The notes under the pieces were generated by a model. The model did no database searches. It was not told the DNA's origin and worked only from the letters and a program-made list of their open reading frames with translations. The position numbers and the translations under genes are program-made. A stretch of DNA of 64,000 bases. Source: a virus. The DNA is taken from positions 73,012 to 137,011 of the IMG/VR virus record IMGVR_UViG_3300032053_005343. One strand, written 5' to 3'. Positions 9,472 through 19,554 of the stretch are shown one piece after another. Numbering within the stretch: the stretch's first letter is position 1; every line of letters starts with the position of its first letter.

Positions 9472-10545
9472 TTAGACAACCAATTCTATTGGTTTGGCTC
9501 TTTTAATGTATCTATTGCATCTATAACAAAGAAGTGATAAATTATCTAAATTGAAAAGTTTCAATAATTCTTCTTTTGTTTTTGCTGTTGAGGTTGGAAT
9601 TATGTGATCTACATCATATTTGATTTTATTATAGGATTTATTGCACATTGGACAACAATTATTTTGTGATATTCTTATGCTCTCTAAGTGGTCTTGTAAT
9701 TGTTTGGAATTATAGGGTAAATATTTTGAAAAACCTATTTTATTCTTGTCTTTTGATATCATTTCACTTAAAGAATCTATTAGTTTACGCCCATATTGGC
9801 GGATAAGCAATGATTTTTTATCAAGATTGCTTCTTCTATTATTCGCTTGTTGCTTGGGCGTAGCCCACCTACAATTGTTAGGAGAATAGCCATCTATTAA
9901 TTTATTATTATCTTTTCTATCCAAAGACAACCCAGGAGGACATTCGCCCATGTCTTCTAGAAAATTTTGAAATCCATTATCTTTATCTAACCATCGTTCA
10001 CATATTGTTATTCCTCGTCCTCCATAATCTTTATAGTTTGACATATTTGGATTAGCACATCTTTGTTTCATGCTATCCCAAGCCTTATAGGTTTTTGATC
10101 TTTTCCCAGGCTTATTATGTCCGTGCTTGAAACTTCTTTTAGCTGTTAATTCCTTACTCAAGCATCTACAACTTCTTATAGTTCCGCTTTTAAGATGGTA
10201 GTCTTTGACAATTGTTGTTTCACCACAATCACATAAGCATTCCCACAGAGAATTACCAAGCTTATATCTATTGACACATTTTGTAACGGTCAATCTGTCA
10301 AATTTTTGTCCCGTTAAATCAATAAATCTATTTTTATTTCTTTCTATAGTTTTCACTATAGCAAAACAACCACAACTATTAGTTTTACCTTCTCTTAAGT
10401 TTCCACCGAGAACTATTTTTTCGTTTCCACAATCACATTTACACAACCACATATGTTTACTATTTTTATTTTTGCCCATATATTTTATAGGGGTCAATCT
10501 CCCGAATTTTTTTCCTATCAAATCAATTAATTTTCGTCCTCTCAT
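9472..10545 (-). CDS. Endonuclease: two DLxG modules, a DR-type HNH-like domain and a canonical C-terminal HNH
   Basis: DLIGKKFGRL and DLTGQKFDRL repeats; LDRKDNNK; CPMC..DVDHIIP..NL..LCYRCN. Confidence 0.85.
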   Translation of the reverse strand: MRGRKLIDLIGKKFGRLTPIKYMGKNKNSKHMWLCKCDCGNEKIVLGGNLREGKTNSCGCFAIVKTIERNKNRFIDLTGQKFDRLTVTKCVNRYKLGNSLWECLCDCGETTIVKDYHLKSGTIRSCRCLSKELTAKRSFKHGHNKPGKRSKTYKAWDSMKQRCANPNMSNYKDYGGRGITICERWLDKDNGFQNFLEDMGECPPGLSLDRKDNNKLIDGYSPNNCRWATPKQQANNRRSNLDKKSLLIRQYGRKLIDSLSEMISKDKNKIGFSKYLPYNSKQLQDHLESIRISQNNCCPMCNKSYNKIKYDVDHIIPTSTAKTKEELLKLFNLDNLSLLCYRCNRYIKRAKPIELVV

Positions 10546-11966
10546 ATTTTCTCGTTTAAGAATGAGTGCTGTTGCTCAGAAAGCATTTTTCCTTCTGTCA
10601 TTTTAGATCGAGACAAATCGGTCAAAATATTTACATAGTCCCCCTTGTCCATTCCGGGACCGTATCGCGTGTCACATATTACCAATTTTTTGACGCCATT
10701 CTGCGGGGGATCCTCTATCAACTCCTCTTGTGATTTATTCTTTAATATGCCAAAAGATGAACACAGCCATAATATTCTATCAGACGCAGAAATAAATTCC
10801 GAGCCTTCACGAGACACCCCCTCTCTATTTAATTGCACTGTAGCAAATATAGGGATATTAAACTTTAATGCAAAATTATGTAAAGAAGTCATCATAAATC
10901 CCAAAAGTTGAGTTTCCATCATGTTTGATTTCATATCGGAGGTATCCATTAATTTAATATAATCATAAATAATTAGGCATTCTTTTGTCAGTCCACTATC
11001 TAAAAATCCAACTTCTTTGATAATCCATCTTCTACATAAAGACAATATAGACTCGGTAGATAAACTAGCTATTGAACAGTGTGTAATTGGTAAATTTTTT
11101 ATAATTTCTTTGCACGACCACACGGCTTCCTTTTCTTCTTTATTTGTGGAAAATTTTCCAGTCTCTATTTTTAAACATTCAACACCAGAAATTAATGAAA
11201 TAAACCTATTCATTTGAATTTGTTGAGATAATTCCGTGTCAAGATACAACACAGGAATACCTAATTCGGCTAAATTTTTAGCAATATTGAGACATAGAAA
11301 TGATTTTCCGCCTTTGCTTCTTGAACCCACTACATTAACAGTACTCCTTCGCAAGCCCCCTCCGATAGCCGAATCATAACGAGCCATTCCGGTGGGAAGC
11401 CCGACGATATCCTTCGGCTTTTCAGATAATGCGTTTAATGTTTGTTCAAAATTATCACAAATATGAACCATATTTTTATTATCTTTATTTAACTTAGAAG
11501 TAAATTCGAAAATAGGTTCTTCGATCTTTGAAATTATGTCATCAATTTTTTCACTACCATTTATATTTTTTAAATCTTCTACAATATTGTTGACACACTC
11601 AATACTTTGTCTTGCTAAAGACAATTTATATACTTGTACTGCTATAGATTTGGCATTGTTGTATGTTGGAGTATTTGCAAATAATGCTTCCAGATATTCT
11701 GATTCTTTTGAATTTCCATCAAATTTATCATAATTAAATATTTTTGCATTAGCGACTATTGTTGGTCCATCAAATTTATCTAAACTCTTTTCGTGAACAA
11801 GATGTTTAATAATAGAAAATATTGTTCTATTAATCGACCAATAAAAATCTTTTGTATCTAAAATTTCTTCAATATCTATAAGGAGATCTGACCCATGATT
11901 TAGGATAGCAGATAAAACAGATCGTTCACATCCCGAATCATTCAAAATATTTGTTTGTTTATCCAT
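10542..11966 (-). CDS. dnaB: Replicative DNA helicase
   Basis: ERSVLSAIL, GLPTG..D..IGGG, SRSKGGKS, YLDTE, IIYDYI, QLNREG. Confidence 0.92.
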   Translation of the reverse strand: MDKQTNILNDSGCERSVLSAILNHGSDLLIDIEEILDTKDFYWSINRTIFSIIKHLVHEKSLDKFDGPTIVANAKIFNYDKFDGNSKESEYLEALFANTPTYNNAKSIAVQVYKLSLARQSIECVNNIVEDLKNINGSEKIDDIISKIEEPIFEFTSKLNKDNKNMVHICDNFEQTLNALSEKPKDIVGLPTGMARYDSAIGGGLRRSTVNVVGSRSKGGKSFLCLNIAKNLAELGIPVLYLDTELSQQIQMNRFISLISGVECLKIETGKFSTNKEEKEAVWSCKEIIKNLPITHCSIASLSTESILSLCRRWIIKEVGFLDSGLTKECLIIYDYIKLMDTSDMKSNMMETQLLGFMMTSLHNFALKFNIPIFATVQLNREGVSREGSEFISASDRILWLCSSFGILKNKSQEELIEDPPQNGVKKLVICDTRYGPGMDKGDYVNILTDLSRSKMTEGKMLSEQQHSFLNEKI

Positions 11967-12454
11967 TGGATACCCGTATCACTTTCTTTTTGTTCTAATT
12001 TTCTATGACAATTTGAACATAAGACAATACATTTCTCGACCTCTTTCATTGTTTGTAATAAATCCCGTCCTTTAGAATTGCCTATAGTAAATTTCTTTGT
12101 TTTATAATCTTTGTGATGAAAATCTAAACATCTTGGATCATTTTCACAGCACACCATACATCCACTATCTTTTTTAATATTAGCAAGTAACTCTTTTCTT
12201 TTTAATCTTCGTAATCGGCTATATTCTGGATGTTTTGCATATAAACTTCTCATATAGGTGTTATAAAGATCCCTGTTTTCGGCTCGATATTTTCTCATAT
12301 AAAGTTTATGTCTTTCGTTGCGCCTATCCTTATTTTTAAAATGATATTCTTTCATATAGAGTCTATATTTTTCTTTATCTCTATCTTTATTCTTCAATCT
12401 ATATCTTTTGTTATATTCTTTCATGTAAAGTTTACGTTTTTCTTTATTTAACAT
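11942..12454 (-). CDS. HNH endonuclease with basic repeat N-terminus
   Basis: YMKEY-type repeats; CMVC..LDFHH..KC.VLCSNCHR. Confidence 0.8.
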   Translation of the reverse strand: MLNKEKRKLYMKEYNKRYRLKNKDRDKEKYRLYMKEYHFKNKDRRNERHKLYMRKYRAENRDLYNTYMRSLYAKHPEYSRLRRLKRKELLANIKKDSGCMVCCENDPRCLDFHHKDYKTKKFTIGNSKGRDLLQTMKEVEKCIVLCSNCHRKLEQKESDTGIQWINKQIF

Positions 12455-12468
12455 ATTATATCTTATAA

Positions 12469-13011
12469 TTATTCAATTATTTTTCCATTAATTGTATCTT
12501 GCAGGCACTTTGGACATTTTTGCCCAAAATCTTTGCTTTCTTGTCTGTCCGATTCAAAATTTTGCTCACATTGCGAACACTTTATATTATATTTTTTGGG
12601 AGGACTTCTTTTTGTTTTTCGTTCCTTGGTAATAGTAGCTTTTTCGATATTTTTGTTTACTTCTTCTTCTGAAACATTTTCTGTCAAGGGTTTAGTTTCA
12701 TTGCCATAATATCCCCTTTTATTTGTTGTAGAAAATCCAGTAGCCAATGGTGGTGTTTTATATTTATCAAAAACGACTGGTTCTTTATTTTTTGCAATTT
12801 TATCTAAATCTGAAGACTTTATATTCATTCGATTTTCTGATTTTTTATACTCATTAAGTAGTTGTTCTATTTGCTGTATTAAAGGATTTATAATATCTGG
12901 CAATGGTTCTAATTTAATTTTTTCTCCAGTTAAAAGTTCAAATCCATTACAGATTTTTTCTAAATTATGTTGTAAAATACCCTCTCTAATAATTTTAAGT
13001 GGATTATCCAT
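12469..13011 (-). CDS. Hypothetical protein with C-terminal Zn ribbon
   Basis: CSQC...CPKC. Confidence 0.6.
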   Translation of the reverse strand: MDNPLKIIREGILQHNLEKICNGFELLTGEKIKLEPLPDIINPLIQQIEQLLNEYKKSENRMNIKSSDLDKIAKNKEPVVFDKYKTPPLATGFSTTNKRGYYGNETKPLTENVSEEEVNKNIEKATITKERKTKRSPPKKYNIKCSQCEQNFESDRQESKDFGQKCPKCLQDTINGKIIE

Positions 13012-13480
13012 TTTTTATCTCCAAATTTCTTTGTCTTATTATTGTTTGTATAGTCTGACAATAAAACTCAACACGGCGAGACAGATAAATTATTCTAGAG
13101 AGTCTAAGCTCTACTTTTTGCGATAGTCTTCCCGCTTTTGATTTATCTTCATTAAATAATTTACCTATAACATTTTTGGTCCATTTAAGATAGCATTCGC
13201 ATTCATTAGATTTTTTCTGTAGAAATATTAAATATTGAGAAAGCATAAATGAATATTCACAAAGTCTCATTGTTGTTTCTAATCTAACTTCTTCTATAGA
13301 TAATTCGAGTATTTTTTCAATCTCTGATCTATTAGACTCTTTAAAGGAGAGGCATAAAGATTTTTCCCATGCTACGAGATCATCATTGTATTTCTTATAT
13401 TCTTCATCGAAGTTATTACTTATCATATACGGCCACAAATTTAAAATTGTTAAGTAGACAAAAATTAATTTTACGTTCAT
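13004..13480 (-). CDS. Hypothetical helical protein (true start probably downstream of the annotated Met)
   Basis: Coiled-coil-like ORF between recA and dnaB. Confidence 0.5.
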   Translation of the reverse strand: MNVKLIFVYLTILNLWPYMISNNFDEEYKKYNDDLVAWEKSLCLSFKESNRSEIEKILELSIEEVRLETTMRLCEYSFMLSQYLIFLQKKSNECECYLKWTKNVIGKLFNEDKSKAGRLSQKVELRLSRIIYLSRRVEFYCQTIQTIIRQRNLEIKNG

Positions 13481-13772
13481 CTCGATTTTTTTGATTATTA
13501 AAATCTATTTTTGTTTTATGAAAAAACTTTATATGCATAGAATGCTGTTTTCCTTGGATTTCTATCACAAGCTGACGTGAAGGGATAAAAAGATCAAGAT
13601 AAAATTTTTCAATAGGTATGTATACTTCTTCATAGATATTGTCCGAAGGATATTCTTCCTTTAATTGTTCTTTAATTCTTGTTTGAAATTTTGATCTCTG
13701 ATATGTCTCTTTTAATAAATATTTTTTTAAATTTATATTAATTTCTGATCCATCATATATTTTAACAATCAT
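13416..13772 (-). CDS. Vsr/DUF559-like PD-(D/E)XK endonuclease
   Basis: EE...FYLDLFIP..LVIEIQGKQH; RDERK..FC. Confidence 0.75.
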   Translation of the reverse strand: MIVKIYDGSEININLKKYLLKETYQRSKFQTRIKEQLKEEYPSDNIYEEVYIPIEKFYLDLFIPSRQLVIEIQGKQHSMHIKFFHKTKIDFNNQKNRDERKINFCLLNNFKFVAVYDK

Positions 13773-13773
13773 T

Positions 13774-14727
13774 TTATTTTCTTTTTTTATATTTTCTAAT
13801 CGGAGTTGATAAAGCCCTTTTTAATGACCATCCCGCTTTATTCAGTCTATACTGTAGTGTTTGGGGACTCATCTTATATTCTTGTGCCAAATCTGTAATA
13901 CATTGTTTCTTATTTTTATAATCATAAAATTTATTTCGTAGTTTACAATTTTTGGGGGAATAATTACCATTGTTATTGATTCTATCAAGAGATTTACCCT
14001 TTGGTATTTCGCCAATATCCTCTAAAAAATTTTGAAATCCATTTTTATTATTAGACCATCTTTTACAAACCGCAATCGGAGGATTTCTTCCTCCGTAATA
14101 TTTATAGGCTGGATGATTTTTGTTGGTGCATTTTTGAGCCATTCTTCTCCAGGTGTTATATGTTCTTGATGTTTTATCATTTGTACTATGACCATGCCTT
14201 ATTCTTAATTTGCTTGCCTCGCACGCCATTTCTTTCTGTAAACACCCACAACTTTTAGTGCTACTATCTTTAAGACTTTTCCCGGCAACAATTGTTTCTT
14301 TACCACAATCGCATATACATTCCCATAAATAATTACCTCCCTTGGTTTTACCATTAGGTTTTATTGCAATAAGTTTTCCAAACCTTTGTCCAGTTAAGTC
14401 AATGAAGCTTCCTTTTCCTGGGGCTTGGGGATCAGAAGAAACATTAAAACCTATTTTTCTATTGCAACAATTGGTGGCGTCAATCCACCATTTCTCTCTC
14501 GCGTATAAATCTTTTATGTTATAAATATTTTCAATAATCTCGTATCTAAAGTTTTTCTCTCCATACCTATTCCATGAATTTTGTAAATATAGATTATAAT
14601 GTTTATTTTTACGTAAAAATCTTATGTGATCTTTCAATCTTCTGTCAATATTTACGCTACTTCCTATATAAAATTTATTATTATTTTTACATATAATTTT
14701 ATAAATACCAGATATATTATTCATCAT
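13774..14727 (-). CDS. GIY-YIG endonuclease fused to a DLxG-family HNH-like domain
   Basis: SGIYKI..FYIGSS..R..H..E..N, then FIDLTGQRFGKL..CICDCG..LDRINNNGNY. Confidence 0.88.
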   Translation of the reverse strand: MMNNISGIYKIICKNNNKFYIGSSVNIDRRLKDHIRFLRKNKHYNLYLQNSWNRYGEKNFRYEIIENIYNIKDLYAREKWWIDATNCCNRKIGFNVSSDPQAPGKGSFIDLTGQRFGKLIAIKPNGKTKGGNYLWECICDCGKETIVAGKSLKDSSTKSCGCLQKEMACEASKLRIRHGHSTNDKTSRTYNTWRRMAQKCTNKNHPAYKYYGGRNPPIAVCKRWSNNKNGFQNFLEDIGEIPKGKSLDRINNNGNYSPKNCKLRNKFYDYKNKKQCITDLAQEYKMSPQTLQYRLNKAGWSLKRALSTPIRKYKKRK

Positions 14728-14732
14728 ACCAA

Positions 14733-15785
14733 TTATTTTCTTTCAGGGAGCAATATATCTCTTATCTCTTTGTCAAATTTTTCAATATATTGAGGATTAC
14801 TTTTAAAGTATTCACGAACCTTTTCAAGTCCCTGTAATTTAATAGGGTTGCCATCTGCGTCTAGTATTGATGGAACAATAAACCAACTTGCACTTTTTTG
14901 AATCAAACCAAGATTTTCTGCATTGATTAAAATATCTTTTATGCGATCTACACCCTCACCAAAGCGAAGAGGAACGGCGCAGGGAAGGAATGGTTTACCT
15001 AAAGCAGAACATATCACGGTTATCATCGCGTCGTGCCCGGCAGGTGCGTTAGTCTCCGGGTCTTTATCCCATTGTTTAGCCCAGTTACAAGTAAGCCATA
15101 CGCTGCAAGCATAACCTATTGCGAGCCCTCCTTTAGTCTCGAATTTCTTTCCCATAGGCTCCCTACTAGTCATTAGCTGCGAAATAAAGAGGACGATAGA
15201 ATTTGTATCATCTATTGTTTGTTGAACTTTCCTGAAAAAGCTGGCAAGAAGTTTAGGTGTCCCGCTCATATCCCGCGATTCGCCCAGTAATTCTGATTGC
15301 TCGGCGAGCGTGCTTAGCGCAGCGATGCTATCTATAACAATTACAGCTTTTCGATTTTCCTTTATTGTCGTTTCAATAACCCTAAGCCACTCCTCGGCGC
15401 TTAGCACCTTGTCTGGTGTAGATTTTATAATATTTAATTTCTCTGTATTTAATCCTTGGATAGTTTTCAAAAGGCTATGGGAACAGCGTCTCTCGATGTC
15501 CACATAAAAGGCGGGACGATCTGCATCTATTGCATTCTTTAGAATTTCTAGGCAGATTGAAGTTTTTCCAACTTTGCTTTTGCCACTAATAAGGCAGGTA
15601 GCGCCATCAGGAATCCCCCCACTTAAACTAATGTCGAGAGATAATACCGTCTTGAGAATATCTCTTTTCTTATCTAGTATTTTATCCGCTTTTTGAATGA
15701 TTCCAATCCCATACTGCCTTTCGAGAAAGGAATTAAAACTTTCATCAACAATCTTGTCTTTATTCTTTTTTGCCATTTTCCTCAA
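14733..15785 (-). CDS. recA: RecA-like recombinase
   Basis: LDISLSGGIP, GKSKVGKTS, YVDIE, VIDSIAAL, FISQL, TKGG.AI. Confidence 0.9.
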   Translation of the reverse strand: MRKMAKKNKDKIVDESFNSFLERQYGIGIIQKADKILDKKRDILKTVLSLDISLSGGIPDGATCLISGKSKVGKTSICLEILKNAIDADRPAFYVDIERRCSHSLLKTIQGLNTEKLNIIKSTPDKVLSAEEWLRVIETTIKENRKAVIVIDSIAALSTLAEQSELLGESRDMSGTPKLLASFFRKVQQTIDDTNSIVLFISQLMTSREPMGKKFETKGGLAIGYACSVWLTCNWAKQWDKDPETNAPAGHDAMITVICSALGKPFLPCAVPLRFGEGVDRIKDILINAENLGLIQKSASWFIVPSILDADGNPIKLQGLEKVREYFKSNPQYIEKFDKEIRDILLPERK

Positions 15786-16215
15786 TATCTTTCAAAATCG
15801 ACAATTTATTTTTTGTCCCAGTATCTACATATCTTGCATTTTCTTCTGGAGAAAAGATACTCACAACTATTTTTTCGTCACTTATTTTTCTCTTCTCTAT
15901 TTCTTTTTTATATAATATATCTAATTTTTTAATTATTGTATTTAAAGTCTTTTTAGCCGAAAGAGATTTAATCCAACCATCTTTAATAATACCAATTAAT
16001 AATTTTTGAATTAAAGGATTATTAAAATCTGTTAATTTACTTAAGTTGCTTATGCCTTTAATTTCTCTCGGATATTTTTTGGCCCAATAATTATTGGATT
16101 TCCAGAATCGAGGACCGAGTTTCTTATCCATATTTAAACACACTAATTCTACGACGTAATTACGAAAATCTATAGGAAGACCTGGGGTTGTTGGTGAATC
16201 AAAAGTCTTTTCCAT
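15760..16215 (-). CDS. Hypothetical protein
   Basis: 151 aa ORF overlapping recA start. Confidence 0.6.
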   Translation of the reverse strand: MEKTFDSPTTPGLPIDFRNYVVELVCLNMDKKLGPRFWKSNNYWAKKYPREIKGISNLSKLTDFNNPLIQKLLIGIIKDGWIKSLSAKKTLNTIIKKLDILYKKEIEKRKISDEKIVVSIFSPEENARYVDTGTKNKLSILKDIEENGKKE

Positions 16216-16217
16216 TT

Positions 16218-16631
16218 TTATTCTTCGTTACAGATAAGAAAAAATCCACATTTGTCCTTATTTCGCGTTTCTTTTCCCACCATTTCTCCGTCCTCGGATA
16301 TCCAAAACAATGTTGCATTTACACCATCATAATATCCAACACAAATTCCTTGCACTTCTACGTTTCCCATAAAAATTTTTACCATCTTTTTACCAAAACA
16401 ATAACCTTTTTGTAATTTTGGCATATCAAAACTTTTATTTCCTTCGATAAGTCTAAGGTCTACGATTTTTAAATCTGGATTTAATTGTAAAAATTGTTTT
16501 AGTCTTATCCATGAATGAGGCCCATCTTTTCTCTCGTCTTGAAAGACTTCTTTGTTATTTGATAAAGTTGCAACATAATATTTGCTGCAATTTGTCGGAA
16601 CCATAAAACTTATTAATTCTTCATTATTCAT
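16218..16631 (-). CDS. Hypothetical protein
   Basis: 137 aa ORF in tight gene string. Confidence 0.6.
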   Translation of the reverse strand: MNNEELISFMVPTNCSKYYVATLSNNKEVFQDERKDGPHSWIRLKQFLQLNPDLKIVDLRLIEGNKSFDMPKLQKGYCFGKKMVKIFMGNVEVQGICVGYYDGVNATLFWISEDGEMVGKETRNKDKCGFFLICNEE

Positions 16632-16986
16632 TCTTTTTTACTCCGGAGTACCTTTCACTATCAGCCTTCATGGATTCTGATGCCGTCATAATAGTAGTTC
16701 CTTTCCCCCCATCTATTGGGTTTTTTATTTTTATACTTATAACATTAGCGTTTTTTGGTTTGTTATCTTTTGGAACAATAGGTGAAGATGTTGATTCTGA
16801 TTGTTCGTAGAGAAACAAATCTGAAACAATATACGTATTTATAAATTCTTCAAATAATGTCGTACATCTATTAAAAAGATCTAACTTATTTTTGGTTTGT
16901 TTTAAGGGTTTGTCGTTTTTATAAAAAAGTTTTCGGTCTAAAAATTTTGAAAAATCATCAGACAGTTTTTTATCTACATGTTTCAT
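16624..16986 (-). CDS. Hypothetical protein
   Basis: 120 aa ORF with AAGGA RBS. Confidence 0.6.
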   Translation of the reverse strand: MKHVDKKLSDDFSKFLDRKLFYKNDKPLKQTKNKLDLFNRCTTLFEEFINTYIVSDLFLYEQSESTSSPIVPKDNKPKNANVISIKIKNPIDGGKGTTIMTASESMKADSERYSGVKKNE

Positions 16987-17001
16987 TTTATTTCCTTTAT
17001 T

Positions 17002-17316
17002 TTAATTTAAATAATTTCTTTGCGCCAGCGTTAAATGTGTCCTGTTTTTCGTTTTTAGGAAAAGAACATAATAATCAAAACATAATTTATTACATTTTTT
17101 CAAATTGTAGGATAGTCCACCCTTCTCCAAATCTTTTTTGTTTCTATTGTCATAAGATTGAGGATTAAACAAATCGCCATCATTGGAAATCAACACAAAA
17201 TTCATATCACCAATCGTATAGGCGAAAACATCTTTATTTGAATACAATGTTGCTTCTGTTTCGGATTTAGTAATATGTGGAGTACCATTTTTATCTATGT
17301 ATTTTATGTCGTGCAT
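17002..17316 (-). CDS. Hypothetical protein
   Basis: 104 aa ORF, TAATG coupling with upstream gene. Confidence 0.6.
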   Translation of the reverse strand: MHDIKYIDKNGTPHITKSETEATLYSNKDVFAYTIGDMNFVLISNDGDLFNPQSYDNRNKKDLEKGGLSYNLKKCNKLCFDYYVLFLKTKNRTHLTLAQRNYLN

Positions 17317-17660
17317 TATTTTCTCCTATTAACTTTAAAAATAACGTCGCAGTCAGGACTTAATCCACCACCATGTTGAATATTTTCATCTATTTCGAAT
17401 TTAGTTTGATCATTTGCTGCTCCTGGATAAAATTGTCCTTTGATTGAGATAACCCTATTTATATTTTTACAATTTTCGCAATAAACAGCTATTCTTGTGG
17501 TGATAGGATTTTTATTTTCTCCTACAAGTTCTTCGTTTGTTTTTGTTAATTGAAAAATCATGAGATTTTTTTCGCACTTATTACATTTTGCTACGACAGA
17601 ACCTCTGTCTGCAATACCAAGAGTAATTCTTTTTCCTGGTTCATTTATATTTAATTCCAT
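17316..17660 (-). CDS. Hypothetical Zn-binding protein
   Basis: CNKC, CENC. Confidence 0.6.
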   Translation of the reverse strand: MELNINEPGKRITLGIADRGSVVAKCNKCEKNLMIFQLTKTNEELVGENKNPITTRIAVYCENCKNINRVISIKGQFYPGAANDQTKFEIDENIQHGGGLSPDCDVIFKVNRRK

Positions 17661-18199
17661 TAAATTTCTCCTTTATCTACGGTTATATGTTTCCATATTT
17701 TCTTTCTTTTGATATATGAAATTGTTTGTCTCGTTACATTAAATATGTCGGCGATTTCTTGCTGAATTAAATATCCATCTTCTATTAATCTTATAATTAT
17801 TCTAACTTTCCAGTCATTTAATTTTGCTAACCCCTGCTTAGAACCCTTAATAAAAGTCCCGTGTTTAATTGAATCTTTAGCATTATTTTTATGTGTATCC
17901 CATCTCAAATTTCCAACATAGTTATTTGAGGGTTTTCCATCATTGTGGCATCCTTCCATCCCTGGTGGGCAAGGACCAACAAATGCTTCAAGAACCAATC
18001 TATGTATAGAATAATTTTTTCTTATATTATTTTTATACAAACTTACTTGCAAATGTCCATATTTATTGATTTTTAAAGATTTTAAAATTTTAAATGGTTT
18101 ATGATTTTTATTTCTATTGAATCGTTTTATTCCTCCGTAATTTGATACTTGATATAATCCTTCATAATCTTTAATATCTTTCCAAATTTCCTCGGTCAT
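17660..18199 (-). CDS. NUMOD4-HNH homing endonuclease
   Basis: EIWKDIKDYEGLYQVSN; GCHNDGKPSNNYVGNLRW; C-terminal HTH ending WKHI. Confidence 0.9.
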   Translation of the reverse strand: MTEEIWKDIKDYEGLYQVSNYGGIKRFNRNKNHKPFKILKSLKINKYGHLQVSLYKNNIRKNYSIHRLVLEAFVGPCPPGMEGCHNDGKPSNNYVGNLRWDTHKNNAKDSIKHGTFIKGSKQGLAKLNDWKVRIIIRLIEDGYLIQQEIADIFNVTRQTISYIKRKKIWKHITVDKGEI

Positions 18200-18369
18200 T
18201 TGGTTTTATCTTCTATTTCCTTCACAACAAGATTTTTATCTATTTTCATTTCTTCACGATCTTTATCGCCCATAATATTCAATTTCTTTTTACCAAACAC
18301 AGATTCCCAGTTTGCGGTTTCAATCTCCGGAGAAACTTGGCATTTACGTTTATTAGAACCTTTCCCCAT
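18196..18369 (-). CDS. Small hypothetical protein (57 aa, not in ORF track)
   Basis: MGKGSNKRKCQVS...; AAAGGA upstream; ATGA overlap with next gene. Confidence 0.5.
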   Translation of the reverse strand: MGKGSNKRKCQVSPEIETANWESVFGKKKLNIMGDKDREEMKIDKNLVVKEIEDKTK

Positions 18370-18380
18370 TTTAAAATCCT

Positions 18381-18557
18381 TTAAATTATTGGCCAGTTAA
18401 TATCATTATTTTCTTTTAATCTTTCATCAAACAATTTTTTTAATTCCAGTGGGTCGTCATCAATAATTCTGTTGAGACAAAAACATTTTACTGTTCTAAC
18501 AAACAAAAGGATCTCTCCCGTTCCTTTACAGTCCGGACACTTAGGGTCTGGCATCAT
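18381..18557 (-). CDS. Small CxxCxGxG Zn-finger protein (58 aa, not in ORF track)
   Basis: MMPDPKCPDCKGTGEILLF..KCFC. Confidence 0.5.
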   Translation of the reverse strand: MMPDPKCPDCKGTGEILLFVRTVKCFCLNRIIDDDPLELKKLFDERLKENNDINWPII

Positions 18558-18563
18558 AACGTA

Positions 18564-19148
18564 TTATACTATGGATTTAATTACTTTTTCGACGAAAGTT
18601 CCGTTGGCTTTAGTGAATTTTGCCAAAAGATTTTTATGCTTCTCCGTCAAAGGTCCGCCATTAGATGTTTGAGATTCAATAGCACCCTTAACTCTTCTTT
18701 GGGTTTCTGGGTCAACATTTTTAACCGCCTTGGTTACTAAATTTAACATATTCATACTATTCTTAGCTTTAAGATAATATTTGAGAAATATACCGATGGC
18801 CAAAAGAAAAATAATAGCCATTAAAGAAGTGCCGACAATAACGGCCAATGCCCCACTATATTTGATTATTCCTGAATTATTTACAGTCTTACTTACTTCA
18901 AATAATTGTTGTTTTAATTCCTCTATAGTTTCGGCATCAACTTTGTTGTCAACTATTTTTTCAAGTTTATTTAAATTATTTTCTACCGATGCAATTTTTG
19001 CCATAGCCTCTGTTTTAACGGCTCCCGGAGAAACACAAGACGTTGTAAAGAAAAGTATTATACCCGCTATTATTCCTGCTAACAATATTGCCAACATCCC
19101 AGAGCCAAACATAATTTTATTTCTTAACATTTTTTTTCTTACCACCAA
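18564..19148 (-). CDS. Membrane protein (two TM segments, coiled coil)
   Basis: Two hydrophobic stretches flanking a coiled coil. Confidence 0.65.
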   Translation of the reverse strand: MVVRKKMLRNKIMFGSGMLAILLAGIIAGIILFFTTSCVSPGAVKTEAMAKIASVENNLNKLEKIVDNKVDAETIEELKQQLFEVSKTVNNSGIIKYSGALAVIVGTSLMAIIFLLAIGIFLKYYLKAKNSMNMLNLVTKAVKNVDPETQRRVKGAIESQTSNGGPLTEKHKNLLAKFTKANGTFVEKVIKSIV

Positions 19149-19554
19149 AGATTTTATTCACTAACTCATCAGCTAACTTATTGTTTTCTCTAGATTCCCA
19201 TTTTATTGAGAATTCTTTAAATTGCTCTAATAATTCTAAAACTTTATCCCTATGCTTAATCAATTCTTCGTTATTTGTTTTTGCTGCCTTTGTAATCTGT
19301 TTTACAATCAATTGACTATCAACTATTATATGAATTATTTCAATTTTTTCTTTAAGAGCATGTGTCAAACCGGCGATCAACCCCCGGTACTCGGCTATAT
19401 TACTTGTGCCTTTTTTTCCACATTTTTTAGAACCTTGAAAAACAATTTCCTTAACATCTTCTGGATTGAATGCAATCCAAGCACAAGCCATTCTACCTTC
19501 TCTTATTCCTCCGTCCGTCCTCAGTATAATCTCTCTCATTGTATGTGTTTCCAA
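19117..19554 (-). CDS. rnhA: Ribonuclease HI (likely start at MREIILRTDGG)
   Basis: TDGG, TSNIAEYRGL, VDSQLI, RENNKLADEL. Confidence 0.9.
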   Translation of the reverse strand: METHTMREIILRTDGGIREGRMACAWIAFNPEDVKEIVFQGSKKCGKKGTSNIAEYRGLIAGLTHALKEKIEIIHIIVDSQLIVKQITKAAKTNNEELIKHRDKVLELLEQFKEFSIKWESRENNKLADELVNKIFGGKKKNVKK

